From positions 1-64,000 of IMG/VR virus record IMGVR_UViG_3300036792_000096: 64,000 bases of DNA; one strand, written 5' to 3'. The notes below the pieces were generated by a model that was not told the origin of the DNA, searched no databases, and saw only the letters and a program-made list of their open reading frames with translations. Position 1 is the first letter of the stretch; each line of letters starts with the position of its first letter. Of this stretch, positions 1 through 9,497 are shown piece after piece. Both the position numbers and the translations under genes were made by a program. The DNA is from a virus.

Positions 1-300
1 CGCGAAGTTTGCGCGAGGTTGGGCATGAATGAACCTCGCGCACTGCGCGAGGTGGGTGCGCGAAGTGCGCGAACCTCTACCCAAACCCGACGAAACAACC
101 TCGCGCACTTGAATATACACGGATGTCTATATCCGCAGGTCAGAGGCACCTCGCGCTTCGCGCATTCCCTAAGTAAAAACAAAACCTTGATTTGGAGTTG
201 GGGCGGCTCCCTTAGGGTCGCCCGCCCCCTCACTCTCCAGACTGCGCGAAGTCACTGCGCGAGGTGCGCGAGGTTGGGAAAGCGAAGGACCACATCTCAC
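1..300. repeat. Iteron-like GCGCGA(A/G)GT direct and inverted repeats with an A-rich tract; probable replication origin
   Basis: About 12 copies of GCGCGAR/YTCGCGC (e.g. 11, 33, 45, 57, 67, 98, 148, 243, 256, 266), AAGTAAAAACAAAAC at ~171-185, CCGCAGGTCAGAG at ~133-145. Confidence 0.65.
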
Positions 301-338
301 CTTGTCGCAAGGTTTGCCTTTGACGCTGAGAGGGTGCA

Positions 339-536
339 GTGACCTCCCCGCCCCCGCCCCGCTCCCAAGTCCGCATCGCCGGCCACCGAGGCACGGTCAC
401 CTTCCTCGGGATGCAGAGCGCGACCGTCGCGCACCTGTGGTCTGCCACCGGCCACCCCGACGGCAACCGCTTCGTCCCCCTCGCTGATCTGGTCCCCGCT
501 GCCCCGTCTCATAAGCGCGTGGGTGTGGCGCCGTGA
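339..536 (+). CDS. Hypothetical phage protein
   Basis: GAGAGGG upstream; GTGA overlap with the methyltransferase start. Confidence 0.5.
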   Translation: MTSPPPPRSQVRIAGHRGTVTFLGMQSATVAHLWSATGHPDGNRFVPLADLVPAAPSHKRVGVAP

Positions 537-3202
537 CCCGCCCCACGTTCGTCAGCGTCTTCGCCGGCATCGGAGGTTTTGACCGCGGGTTGGAGTTGGC
601 GGGTTGGTCGTGTGTAGCGCAGATTGAGAAGAACCCATTCCGGCGCAGGGTGCTGGCGCGCCACTGGCCCGACGTGAGGAGGTACGAGGATGTCTGCACC
701 GTCCGAGGAGCCGATAGCGTTCGACTGGCAGAGCGGAGGGGACGCGAGGGGTCTCAAGCCGTCAGAGCGAACTTCCGCTCTGACGGCGAACCAGAATCCA
801 GCGGTCTACGTGCCCGAGACGGCGGACACGCTGAGGAGCCACGGGAGGCCGGGGAGCAACTCGGCGGGGAACTTGAACGTGTCGATCTCCTCTGCGGCGG
901 GTTCCCCTGCGTTGCTGCTGGAACCTATGTGCTTGCGTGGGACGGCTATCGGCCCATCGAATCTCTGGCTATTGGAGATCGAGTGCTCACCCACCTCGGC
1001 CGGTGGCGACGGGTTACCGCGGTCATGTCCCGCGAGGGCGCTGCTCTCAGGCGAATCAAGGCTGGAGGTGTTGCTCCCCTTCTCACCACAGACGAACATC
1101 CCTTCTACGCCCGGGAACAGGGGCGACGGTGGAACAACGGCAGGCGGGCCTACGATCGAACCTTCTCCGAGCCCCAGTGGATCGCAGCGGGAAACCTCGG
1201 TCGGGACCACCGTCTCGCTCAGGTTCTCCCCGACATCGGAGGCGATGCCCGCCTGCCCGATCTGTGGTGGCTTGTGGGGCGCTACCTCGCGGATGGGTGG
1301 CGAGTCAGGAGACGCTTCACTGGCAAAGGCAACCCTATCCAGGGGGAGCCTCAAGGACGAGTTGTCATCTGTTGCGCCCACGATGAAGCCGAATTGCTTG
1401 CCAAGCGAATTGAGCGGGCTGGCTACCATGCCACTCCGAGCAGAGAGCGTACCGTCTTCAAGTTCCACATCGTTGACAGCGACTTCTACCGATTCCTTGA
1501 GCAGTTCGGGACTGGAGCTGGTGGCAAGTGCATCCCAGGATGGGTGCTTGGACTTGACCAAGAGCGTGCCTCTGCCTTGCTTGAAGGCTGGCTCTCAGGA
1601 GATGGATGGACCCGAGAAGATGGGGTGCGGGACGGGGCAACTATCAGCAAGTCGCTGGCTCTCGGTATGGCTTTGCTTGCCCAGCGTGCTTACGGAATGG
1701 TGGCAGGTGTCTACCCCACCGAACGCCCTGCTCACTGCAGTATTGAGGGCCGCCGAGTCAGACAACAGCGATCATGGAACGTTCGAATCCCTCCGAGTAA
1801 CCGTTCGGCCTTTGTTGAAGGACGATACGGCTGGAAGCAGGTCAGATCCTCCGAGCCTGCTGGCGTGGGCACCGTCTACAACATATCGGTGGAGGAAGAC
1901 GAGTCCTACGTCGCTGACGGTGCGATCGTCCATAACTGCCAAGACATCAGTGCGGCCAACAGCGGGGGTGCAGGGCTCGCTGGAGCTCGGAGCGGACTCT
2001 TCTTCGAGTTCGCCCGGCTGGCTGGAGAGCTACGCCCGACTTGGCTTCTCGTGGAGAACGTGGATAACCTCCTCGCCAAGCACAGCGGGGAGGACTTTGC
2101 AGTCGTCCTTCGCACGCTCGGAGCGCTCGGGTATTTCCTGGAGTGGCGAGTGCTGGACAGCCGCTATTTCGGCGTTCCCCAGCGGCGCAACAGAGTGTTC
2201 CTTGTCGGACATCTTGGAGGCCCACCCCCCTTCCCGGTTCTCTTTGAGCCCGAAGGCGTGCAGGGGCATCCTGCGGCGGGCCGAGAGGCGGGGGCGGAGG
2301 TTGCCGGAACGCTTGGCGGTGGCTCTGGAGGCCGTGGCTGGTGCGACGACCTAGACCGGGCCGGGGATGAAAGCCCCGGCCCGGTGGAAGACGTGGCGTT
2401 CGCCCTGCGGTCCAGCCAGTCAGGATCCCAGGGTGGGGCTCAGGGGCACAACACGACGTATGTAGCGACGGCCGAGCCAGAGGTATCACGCTCGCTGTTG
2501 GGTGGAGGCAACGACAGGCACGACGTAGGTCTGGAGATCCTCAGCGTGCCTGTCGTTGCCTCCACCCTCTCCACCTCGGCTGGAACCAACGGCCATTACG
2601 GGGGCAGGCACCAGGAGGACGACAGTAGCCTTATGGCCTCCACGATGGGCGGTGACGGCGTCGCGCACGCCGTCACCGCCGCGAAGTCCTACCGGCTGGA
2701 CGGCGAGTCGGAGACCTTCGTGGCGGCTTATGGAATCCAGTCGAATGCGTGGCGACCCGGGAAGGCTAAGACTCCGTCTGCCGATGCAGAGGGGCGAGTA
2801 CGTCTCCGCGACCCGGGGTTGGGGATTGACCCAGAACTGGCGGGCACGCTCCAAGGCGGTCCTATCGGCGTAGCGGCGTTTGATCTGGCCCAGATCACGA
2901 GCAACGTGAACCGCAATCGAGTGGAACCGGGTTTGCCCATGCCACCCCTGAATGGATCAGGCCAAGCCGGTGTCACCGGCTTGGCCTCAGTGCGGCGCCT
3001 GACGCCCCTTGAGCGAGAGCGACTCCAGGGATTCCCCGATGGCTGGAGTTGTCTCTGCGGCTGCGAGCCCTACTCCACGCACGCCTGCAAGTGCAAGGAC
3101 GGCCCGAGGGATCAGGCAACCGGAGACGCTGTGACGGTCCCCGTGGTCGCTTGGATCGGACGACGCCTATTGGCAGCGTACGAGGCTGAGAACGCCTCGT
3201 GA
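533..3202 (+). CDS. dcm: DNA cytosine-5 methyltransferase with intein
   Basis: Motif I FAGIGG, split motif IV GGFP|CQD, motif VI ENV, motif VIII PQRRNRVFLVG, motif IX RRLTPLERERLQGFP, motif X GDAVTVPV. Confidence 0.95.
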   Translation: MTRPTFVSVFAGIGGFDRGLELAGWSCVAQIEKNPFRRRVLARHWPDVRRYEDVCTVRGADSVRLAERRGREGSQAVRANFRSDGEPESSGLRARDGGHAEEPREAGEQLGGELERVDLLCGGFPCVAAGTYVLAWDGYRPIESLAIGDRVLTHLGRWRRVTAVMSREGAALRRIKAGGVAPLLTTDEHPFYAREQGRRWNNGRRAYDRTFSEPQWIAAGNLGRDHRLAQVLPDIGGDARLPDLWWLVGRYLADGWRVRRRFTGKGNPIQGEPQGRVVICCAHDEAELLAKRIERAGYHATPSRERTVFKFHIVDSDFYRFLEQFGTGAGGKCIPGWVLGLDQERASALLEGWLSGDGWTREDGVRDGATISKSLALGMALLAQRAYGMVAGVYPTERPAHCSIEGRRVRQQRSWNVRIPPSNRSAFVEGRYGWKQVRSSEPAGVGTVYNISVEEDESYVADGAIVHNCQDISAANSGGAGLAGARSGLFFEFARLAGELRPTWLLVENVDNLLAKHSGEDFAVVLRTLGALGYFLEWRVLDSRYFGVPQRRNRVFLVGHLGGPPPFPVLFEPEGVQGHPAAGREAGAEVAGTLGGGSGGRGWCDDLDRAGDESPGPVEDVAFALRSSQSGSQGGAQGHNTTYVATAEPEVSRSLLGGGNDRHDVGLEILSVPVVASTLSTSAGTNGHYGGRHQEDDSSLMASTMGGDGVAHAVTAAKSYRLDGESETFVAAYGIQSNAWRPGKAKTPSADAEGRVRLRDPGLGIDPELAGTLQGGPIGVAAFDLAQITSNVNRNRVEPGLPMPPLNGSGQAGVTGLASVRRLTPLERERLQGFPDGWSCLCGCEPYSTHACKCKDGPRDQATGDAVTVPVVAWIGRRLLAAYEAENAS
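690..2354 (+). CDS. Overlapping +1-frame polypeptide (M.EcoHK31I beta-like accessory subunit) nested in dcm
   Basis: AGGAGGT Shine-Dalgarno at 677-683, 6 nt before ATG 690; C-terminus ECWT...ECSLSDILE...FSLSPKACRGILRRAERRGRRLP...L; frame open for 554 codons. Confidence 0.75.
   Translation: MSAPSEEPIAFDWQSGGDARGLKPSERTSALTANQNPAVYVPETADTLRSHGRPGSNSAGNLNVSISSAAGSPALLLEPMCLRGTAIGPSNLWLLEIECSPTSAGGDGLPRSCPARALLSGESRLEVLLPFSPQTNIPSTPGNRGDGGTTAGGPTIEPSPSPSGSQRETSVGTTVSLRFSPTSEAMPACPICGGLWGATSRMGGESGDASLAKATLSRGSLKDELSSVAPTMKPNCLPSELSGLATMPLRAESVPSSSSTSLTATSTDSLSSSGLELVASASQDGCLDLTKSVPLPCLKAGSQEMDGPEKMGCGTGQLSASRWLSVWLCLPSVLTEWWQVSTPPNALLTAVLRAAESDNSDHGTFESLRVTVRPLLKDDTAGSRSDPPSLLAWAPSTTYRWRKTSPTSLTVRSSITAKTSVRPTAGVQGSLELGADSSSSSPGWLESYARLGFSWRTWITSSPSTAGRTLQSSFARSERSGISWSGECWTAAISAFPSGATECSLSDILEAHPPSRFSLSPKACRGILRRAERRGRRLPERLAVALEAVAGATT
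908..1936 (+). mobile_element. Intein (343 aa) with LAGLIDADG-type homing endonuclease, inserted in the catalytic PC motif of Dcm
   Basis: Starts CVAAGT, block B TDEHPF, endonuclease motifs LVGRYLADG and LLEGWLSGDG, ends VYNISVEEDESYVADGAIVHN followed by the +1 Cys of CQD. Confidence 0.95.
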
Positions 3203-3450
3203 CCACGCCCGAGTTCCCCGCCAATGTCCGCCGTTTCCATGGCTGGTTAGCGGAGACCGTCGTGTCCGAGGTCAACCCCGACGGCACGGTGCGCCTCCAT
3301 GGCATCCCGCTCGCCGCTGACGTGGTCCGCCCCTATGAGCCTCGAGCCGGCGACAGAGTAGAGGTGCTCCGCGGCCGAGCCTTCGCCGTCGTCTTGCGCA
3401 AACTTCCCGATCTGGAAGAGACTAGCCAGAACAAACCGAATGTGACGTAG
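3199..3450 (+). CDS. Hypothetical protein
   Basis: GTGA overlap with the dcm stop. Confidence 0.6.
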   Translation: MTTPEFPANVRRFHGWLAETVVSEVNPDGTVRLHGIPLAADVVRPYEPRAGDRVEVLRGRAFAVVLRKLPDLEETSQNKPNVT

Positions 3451-3454
3451 CCTC

Positions 3455-3570
3455 TGGACGCAAAGGGACTCCGTATGGTAACCTTGGGTCGGAACGAAGC
3501 GGGACCCGAGGGCGCAGCGAACGCCGCAGCGGGTCCCTACCGCAGAACCTGAACGGGAGGCTCCACGGGT
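3455..3570 (+). promoter_or_regulatory. Promoter (TGGACG-18-TAACCT) and structured 5' leader (copy A)
   Basis: GGGACCCG 3501-3508 pairs with CGGGTCCC 3530-3537; second hairpin covers GGGAGG before ATG 3571. Confidence 0.5.
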
Positions 3571-4113
3571 ATGAGTGACACTATCGCAGCCGACGGGGAT
3601 CTCCTCGCACCTTCCTCGCAGCGTTCCCCGACCGCCTCCGACCGTCGCAAGGCCCGCCAGAACTTCGACCCCGACTTCGTCTGCGTCTGCAATCAGCGGG
3701 TCGTTCTGGCCTTCGACTGGCAGCGAGGCGAGGTCGTCTCACTGGTCCGAGCCCCCGGCCACTCCGGCAAGTTCCAGGTCGCCGGCCTCCTCCCCGACGG
3801 CTTCGTAGCGCCCCACAAGGGCTGCGCCACCTACGTCGGCTGGGGCGGTACCCACGTCAAGCACGAGTGCCCGGGGCCCGCACCGCGGCCCGAGATCGAC
3901 CCTGCCTCCCTCCCGTCGTTCGGCTTCCCCGGCGGCGTCACGGACGACGAGCAGCGCGCTCACCGTGCCTTCACCGATCCCGAGTGGCAGCGTGTGGACT
4001 GCCGCATTCTCCTCGCCGGTGACCGTGCCCGCAAGGCGCTCGGCATGCAGCGTCCCGGCGGTCTCTTGCCCGCAGTAGCCGAAGCCCGAGCCCTCGCAGG
4101 AGACGGCGAATGA
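3571..4113 (+). CDS. Hypothetical protein
   Basis: SD GGGAGG; ATGA overlap with the next gene. Confidence 0.65.
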   Translation: MSDTIAADGDLLAPSSQRSPTASDRRKARQNFDPDFVCVCNQRVVLAFDWQRGEVVSLVRAPGHSGKFQVAGLLPDGFVAPHKGCATYVGWGGTHVKHECPGPAPRPEIDPASLPSFGFPGGVTDDEQRAHRAFTDPEWQRVDCRILLAGDRARKALGMQRPGGLLPAVAEARALAGDGE

Positions 4114-4367
4114 GCATGCTCTCACTTCCCGACGATCTGACGCCCGAAGAGGCGAAGGCCATCCGAGCCCTTGACCGGCTCGCCCACCGTTGGCCCGACA
4201 CGCTGATGATCGCCAGCATGGGTGGACTGCTCTATGTGCTTCGGTTGGACGAAGACGGCGGGCAGCCGATGTCTGGGGGAGAGGGTGTTCATCGACGCCT
4301 TGATGACGGTGCGATCGTCTACTCGGTGCCAGCAGAATTGATCTCGAACACAGGTGGTGACTGGTGA
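4110..4367 (+). CDS. Hypothetical protein
   Basis: Translationally coupled ORF. Confidence 0.6.
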   Translation: MSMLSLPDDLTPEEAKAIRALDRLAHRWPDTLMIASMGGLLYVLRLDEDGGQPMSGGEGVHRRLDDGAIVYSVPAELISNTGGDW

Positions 4368-4609
4368 AACATTCCGCAGCCGCCTCCCACCAGATCCTCA
4401 GCAACCGCCTAGCGCGGATAGACGAGATCCTCGCCCGCCCCCTCATCAACGACAACACCCGCACCGACTACGAAGCGGCCCGTGCTCAGGTCGAGAAGGC
4501 ACTGGAAGCGCTCCCCGCCGTCTGCAAGTCCTGCGGGACGGTCATCACCTCAGCGGAGTCTCTCAGGACAGGCTTGGGGTCCGAGTGTCGAACGAAGGGA
4601 GCAGCATGA
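4364..4609 (+). CDS. DUF6011-like zinc-binding protein
   Basis: CKSCGTVITSAESLRTGLGSEC motif. Confidence 0.7.
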   Translation: MKHSAAASHQILSNRLARIDEILARPLINDNTRTDYEAARAQVEKALEALPAVCKSCGTVITSAESLRTGLGSECRTKGAA

Positions 4610-5649
4610 GCGAGTGGGGACACCTAGATCGGGTCGCCCTTGACAGGCACATCACGGGCCACTACGGGGAGGATCAATTCCGTGACGATGATCCCGACGA
4701 GGAAGACTATGAGGAGCCCGAGCCGGATCTGAGCGGCTGCCCCTACTACGCCCTCTTCCACGGACTTCCCGGCCACGACCCGCACGCGGTCTGTGACCGT
4801 GGCTGCTACAGCGAGCCAGCCTGCATCACCGATGAGCCGCGTGAGGGATGGCCTTCCGTTCGTGCTCGGAAGGGTGACTCGTGATGGCTGACGCCTACTC
4901 CATCGGGCCCTCCCGAGCCGGAACCTCCGAGGCCAACATCGGCCCGTGGATGCTCACGGAACCGGCCGCCGACAGCGTACGGGAGTCCGAGTCGGACACG
5001 ATGACCGTAGCCGTCCTCGCAGGCGACGACAAGGCGACCCGAGACCTACTCGCCAACGCTCCCGTCATCCGCTCCGCAGCCGAGGAGGCCCTCAGGCGCC
5101 TCCAAGGGATTGACTGGTGGCTCTTGATCTCCCACGACGTGATAGACGCTGTGTCGGACGCCGTTGAGGCGCTCAAACGAGGACTGGGGCAGTCGTGACG
5201 CTCCTGCTCGCAATCGCCGCGGCGCTCATCGTGCTCGCTGGCATGCGTTCCCTCGTCGGCCGGGTGCTAGACGCGGAGATCCAGTGGGAGCAGGTCGTCC
5301 CAAGAACTGCGGGGGAGGCGGCTCCCGGGGTGCCCGGTCCGGCTCACGGCCCCTCCCTCGCAGTACCAACCTTCGCCGAAGCGGAGTACGCGCTGTGCGA
5401 CTGCTTCGGATGTGAATGTGCCCGGTTCTTTGAGACGGAGGAAGGCAAGTGAAAGCGGAACCGTTGCAACCAGACGACGGCCAGTGGGTCGATGCCGTCG
5501 TGACCGTCCCGGCTTACACGGCTGGTGGCGGGGAGAACCTCGTGGACGGTCGCCCTCGCACCGAGATGTACCCGGCCCGCCTCCACACCCGCTACACGCA
5601 CAAGGGTCGCCCGGCCTTCCTTGCCCGTGTGCCCGAGGTTGCGCCATGA
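4606..5649 (+). CDS. Run of four coupled hypothetical genes (4606-4884, 4881-5198, 5195-5452, 5449-5649)
   Basis: Successive ATGA/GTGA overlaps with GGAGG-like RBSs. Confidence 0.6.
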
Positions 5650-5957
5650 GGAGAGTCGTGCGGGACGGGATTCCCTCCACGGGAGTACAGCCGACGTTCA
5701 CGCAGGCGTCGGTCGGTGAACGGCTGGGGCTCCTACGAGCGAAGTTGCTGGAAGAGGCGCTCGAGGTCTACGAACTCCGTGACGGGACCTCAGTTGAGGC
5801 GCTGACGGAGGAGCTGGCAGATGTCTACGAGGTGCTACGCGCTCTGACTGCGGAACTAGGCGTGACCGTGGCTTGGGTAGCCTCCATCGCCAACGCGAAG
5901 AGGGAAAGGGTTGGAGGGTTCGATTCCTGCACCGTGCTCACATGGGGCAAGCCATGA
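5646..5957 (+). CDS. MazG-like nucleoside triphosphate pyrophosphohydrolase
   Basis: VRDGIP...KLLEEALE...EELADVYEVL...KRERVGGF. Confidence 0.85.
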   Translation: MRRVVRDGIPSTGVQPTFTQASVGERLGLLRAKLLEEALEVYELRDGTSVEALTEELADVYEVLRALTAELGVTVAWVASIANAKRERVGGFDSCTVLTWGKP

Positions 5958-7377
5958 GCCAACCGAAGTATTACGGCTCGGACCAGTGGTGGAAGGACGT
6001 AGCCGCAGCCGAAGGGGCCGCTGCTGCCGGCAAGGCGCTGCAGGAGGTAAGACGCATCCACAGCCCCCGCCACTTCTCTCAATCCGGCGAGCAGTGGGAT
6101 ACCTGCGTTGAGTGCTGCCAGGCGTGGCCCTGCGCCACAGAGCGAGCCATCGCAGCGGCCTTGGGGAACCCCTCGTGAGCATCGACCTCAACTCCTACCT
6201 CCCCCGCCCGTCGATGGCCGAGGTCCGGGCTGCTGTCAACGAGATCCGGGCTAGGCACGCTGCTGCCAGAGAGGCCGAGTTCCGCGCTAAGCGTCTTGCC
6301 GACGAAGAGGGCCAGCGCCTGACGGTAGTCCTGGCCGAGCTCTGGCCCCTCGCCCTCGAGTCTTACCGTCGTCAGGGAGGCCGCGGAGTCCTGCCACCGC
6401 TTCAGTGGGGACCCCCGCTGGACAAAGGCACCGAAGACGAAGTGTTCGGAGACCTCTTGTGAGCGCCACAGCCCGTCACTGCCCAACCTGCACATGCGCA
6501 CCGTCGCAGGGCGGTTTCTGTGACTCAGACGTGACGGTTCTCCACGAGGTCTTCCAGTGCCTCGAGCCGATGGGGCATGACGGCGTCCATGTGGGTGCTG
6601 CGGTCCCCAGCCCGTGCCCGGCCTGTGGAGGCCGCGAGGAGCACGCAGACTCGTGCCCGGGGATCACATCGGGCAAGCCGGAGTTCAGTGAGTGGGCTTG
6701 CCCCTACGAGGTCCAGTGGGATGCCGAAGGCACTGTCACCTTCGCGGAGTGGCCCAACTGGAAACACGGGAGATCTGGGCGCTCATGACGACGATTCTGG
6801 ACGCTCCCCGCCTCGGCACCCGAGCCACGCTGGTTCACGTCCGCAGGATCAAGCGGCACAAGCCACGCTGCGCCTGCTGTGGCGAGGCAACGCTCTACAA
6901 GGGCGCCACGGGGAAGAAGGGCTACAGCCAAGCGAGAGCCGTGCTGGCGCAGGTCTACGTTTCCGCCGACATCCCTCTCGGCCCCTACGAGGCGAACCCG
7001 CGCGATACGGCACCCGCCGTTCTCGAGGGAGGCGTCTGGGCACGCTGGGAAGCTTGGCATCTTGCCTGCTATGAAGCCGCTGGCCAGCCCTACGGCCCCG
7101 TGCTCGGGATGCGAGCGGCATGACCGTCAATAGTGCCCTCCGAGATCAGGTTCTCGCCTACCTCCGCGCCCAAGTGGGACCCCGCACCCCAGAGCATGTC
7201 ATTGCAGCCTTCCCCGAGCCGGTGGCCTACGAGGTCATCGCCTGCCTGCACTCGCTGTCTGCCGCGAACCTCGCCAGCCGCATTACCGTCCACGGAGAGC
7301 AGGTTTGGCGGGCCCCAGCGGTCCCCGACGAAGAACTCGCAGACCTCGAGGCCCACTACCTCACGGAGGCGCCATGA
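5954..7377 (+). CDS. Run of five coupled hypothetical genes (5954-6178, 6175-6462, 6459-6788, 6785-7123, 7120-7377), several Cys-rich
   Basis: ATGA/GTGA overlaps; CxxC motifs. Confidence 0.6.
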
Positions 7378-7970
7378 CGCTCGAGCCCGCTCGGTGCTGG
7401 ATCTTCGCCTGTGACGCCTGCGGGAACCCGTTGCCCGACTTCCTAGGCGACGTGGAAACAGCCCGACCGTTCCTGCGCAGGAGCGATGCGTTCGACGCAG
7501 CCCGCTTGGCCGGCTGGAAGTTCTACGGTAACTATGCGCTGTGCCACGGCTGCGCCGAGCGGTACGTCCCCATGTCCCGGGCCTGCGCCATGACGGGGAT
7601 CGCCCGCCACGCCCTGTACCGGCGGATGCAGCGGGGGTCGCTCCCCTGCCTCAAGCTTGGCGGCCGGGTGTTCTTCGACGTGGAGGATCTACGGCTCCTC
7701 GAGCCTAGGCAAAGACGCGGGGATCCCTCCGTCCTCCCGCGCTACCCCGTGGAGCCGATTCGTCAGATCGTCGGCCAGATGGCTCTCAACCTTGGCTCAG
7801 AGCGCGCGGTGATGCTCAGCCTCGCAGCGTCCTCAACCCTGACCGCGAAGACCTGGGAACGGGCGTGGGAGCGGGCCAAGGCGTCGGGTGGGTTCACGCT
7901 CCGTCAGGCAGACCGCTTCGCCCACGCCCTCAATCGTGATGTCCGCACACTGTGGCCGGAAGCCGCGTAA
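7374..7970 (+). CDS. Zinc-ribbon plus excisionase-like HTH DNA-binding protein
   Basis: CDAC...CHGC, then ACAMTGIARHALYRRMQRGSLPCLKLGGRVFFDVEDL. Confidence 0.65.
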   Translation: MTLEPARCWIFACDACGNPLPDFLGDVETARPFLRRSDAFDAARLAGWKFYGNYALCHGCAERYVPMSRACAMTGIARHALYRRMQRGSLPCLKLGGRVFFDVEDLRLLEPRQRRGDPSVLPRYPVEPIRQIVGQMALNLGSERAVMLSLAASSTLTAKTWERAWERAKASGGFTLRQADRFAHALNRDVRTLWPEAA

Positions 7971-7982
7971 GGAGGAGAGTCG

Positions 7983-8258
7983 ATGGCACGGGTGATGGAC
8001 AGCATGGGGAACCGGGATCTTCGCTGGCAGGACCTCGCCAAATGCACGGAGGATGGCGTGGATCCTGACTGGTTCTTCCCCGAGCGCGGGGGCACGTCCT
8101 ACGCAGCCAAGACGATCTGCGGCCACTGCATCGTCCGCGCAGCCTGCGACCGCTACGCCCGGGAGAACCGGGAGTCCTACGGGATCTGGGGCGGCCGATC
8201 CGACAGGGATCGCCGCGAAGCCCGACGTGTGGCACGAACGGAAGGGACGGCGGCATGA
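7983..8258 (+). CDS. whiB: WhiB-family Fe-S transcription factor
   Basis: WQDLAKC...FFPERG...AKTICGHCIVRAAC...GIWGG. Confidence 0.95.
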   Translation: MARVMDSMGNRDLRWQDLAKCTEDGVDPDWFFPERGGTSYAAKTICGHCIVRAACDRYARENRESYGIWGGRSDRDRREARRVARTEGTAA

Positions 8259-8361
8259 ACCTGCGGGCTCGGATCGGTCTTCGCTTCGCCCTCTGGGGCT
8301 ACGCTTTCCGCTGGGCACTTGAGTGGTTCCCGTGGATCTGGAAAGGAGAGGGGGAGTAGCC

Positions 8362-9267
8362 GTGGGTGAGACGACAGGAATACAGTGGTGCGACCACAGC
8401 TTTAACCCTTGGATCGGCTGCGCCCACGTCTCGCCCGGCTGCGTATCGTGCTATGCGGAGCGTGACGCCAAGCGGTACGGGCTGGCGGAGTGGGGAGCAA
8501 AAGCCGAGCGCCATGTCACGAGTGACGCCTACTGGCGTCAGCCGCTCGCTTGGAATCGCAGGGCTGCTCAGGAAGGACGACGCCACCGAGTGTTCTGCGC
8601 ATCCATGGCCGACGTCTTCGAGCCCCTGCCTGCTCTGGCGAAGCCGCGTGAGCGGCTCTGGGACCTCATGGCCGAGACGCCGTGGCTGGACTGGCAACTC
8701 CTGACCAAACGCCCAGAGGAAGTCGCCGGGATGGTGCCGTGGGGCGAGGACTGGCCGGCCAATGTGTGGCTCGGCACGTCGGTTGAGAATCAGGAGTGGG
8801 CCGACAAACGCATCCCGATCCTGCTGAGTCTTCCCGCCAAGGTGCGGTTCCTGTCCTGCGAGCCGCTGGTAGGCGAGGTGGATCTTGAGATGTGCGATTG
8901 GACTCCGCCAAGTTTGGAGGGTTTCTCGGGCACCCACAACCCGCTCACGGGTGAATGGTGGCCTGCGGTCGGTGATCCTGACGAGGAGTACCGGAATCGG
9001 TTGACCGAGCAACCGCAGGTCAATTGGGTCATCGTCGGCGGCGAGAGTGGCCCCCACGCCCGTCGCATGGATCTGGCTTGGGCACAGCGGCTAGTGGACC
9101 AGTGCGATTGCGCTGAAGTCCCGTGCTTCGTGAAACAACTCGGCGCGGCCTACCGCCAGCCGAAGGACTCCCACGGAGCCGACATGGCCTACTGGCCGGA
9201 GTCTCTCCGTGTTCGCCAGATGCCCGAGTCCGTGGGGACCGCACCGGGTCAGGCGGTGCTGCTGTGA
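8362..9267 (+). CDS. DUF5131 (phage Gp37/Gp68) radical-SAM-like protein
   Basis: IQWCDHSFNPWIGCAHVSPGCVSCYA, VFCASMADVF, LTKRP, FLSCEPL, WVIVGGESG. Confidence 0.92.
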   Translation: MGETTGIQWCDHSFNPWIGCAHVSPGCVSCYAERDAKRYGLAEWGAKAERHVTSDAYWRQPLAWNRRAAQEGRRHRVFCASMADVFEPLPALAKPRERLWDLMAETPWLDWQLLTKRPEEVAGMVPWGEDWPANVWLGTSVENQEWADKRIPILLSLPAKVRFLSCEPLVGEVDLEMCDWTPPSLEGFSGTHNPLTGEWWPAVGDPDEEYRNRLTEQPQVNWVIVGGESGPHARRMDLAWAQRLVDQCDCAEVPCFVKQLGAAYRQPKDSHGADMAYWPESLRVRQMPESVGTAPGQAVLL

Positions 9268-9497
9268 GCGATCTTCTCCCCTGCCCGTTCGACGGCGGCG
9301 AGGCTATCCCTGATCGGGTGCTACGGGATGGCTGCCAAGACGGGGAGCCCGACGCGTGGGCCTACTTCGTCCGCTGCCGGACCTGCGCCACCGAAGGCCC
9401 GTGGCAGAAGTCGGCATCGGGAGCGGCTCAGAGGTGGAACATGCTGCTGAGACGGTCACGCAAGTCTTCATGGGTGGTGCGTGGGGTGCTGTCGTGA
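9264..9497 (+). CDS. Lar-family restriction alleviation-like protein
   Basis: LLPCPFDGG...VRCRTCATEGP...AAQRWN. Confidence 0.75.
   Translation: MSDLLPCPFDGGEAIPDRVLRDGCQDGEPDAWAYFVRCRTCATEGPWQKSASGAAQRWNMLLRRSRKSSWVVRGVLS

Noticed and set aside
1-300. Possible CRISPR array
   Set aside because: Repeats are 7-10 bp, in both orientations, irregularly spaced, and no cas genes are present
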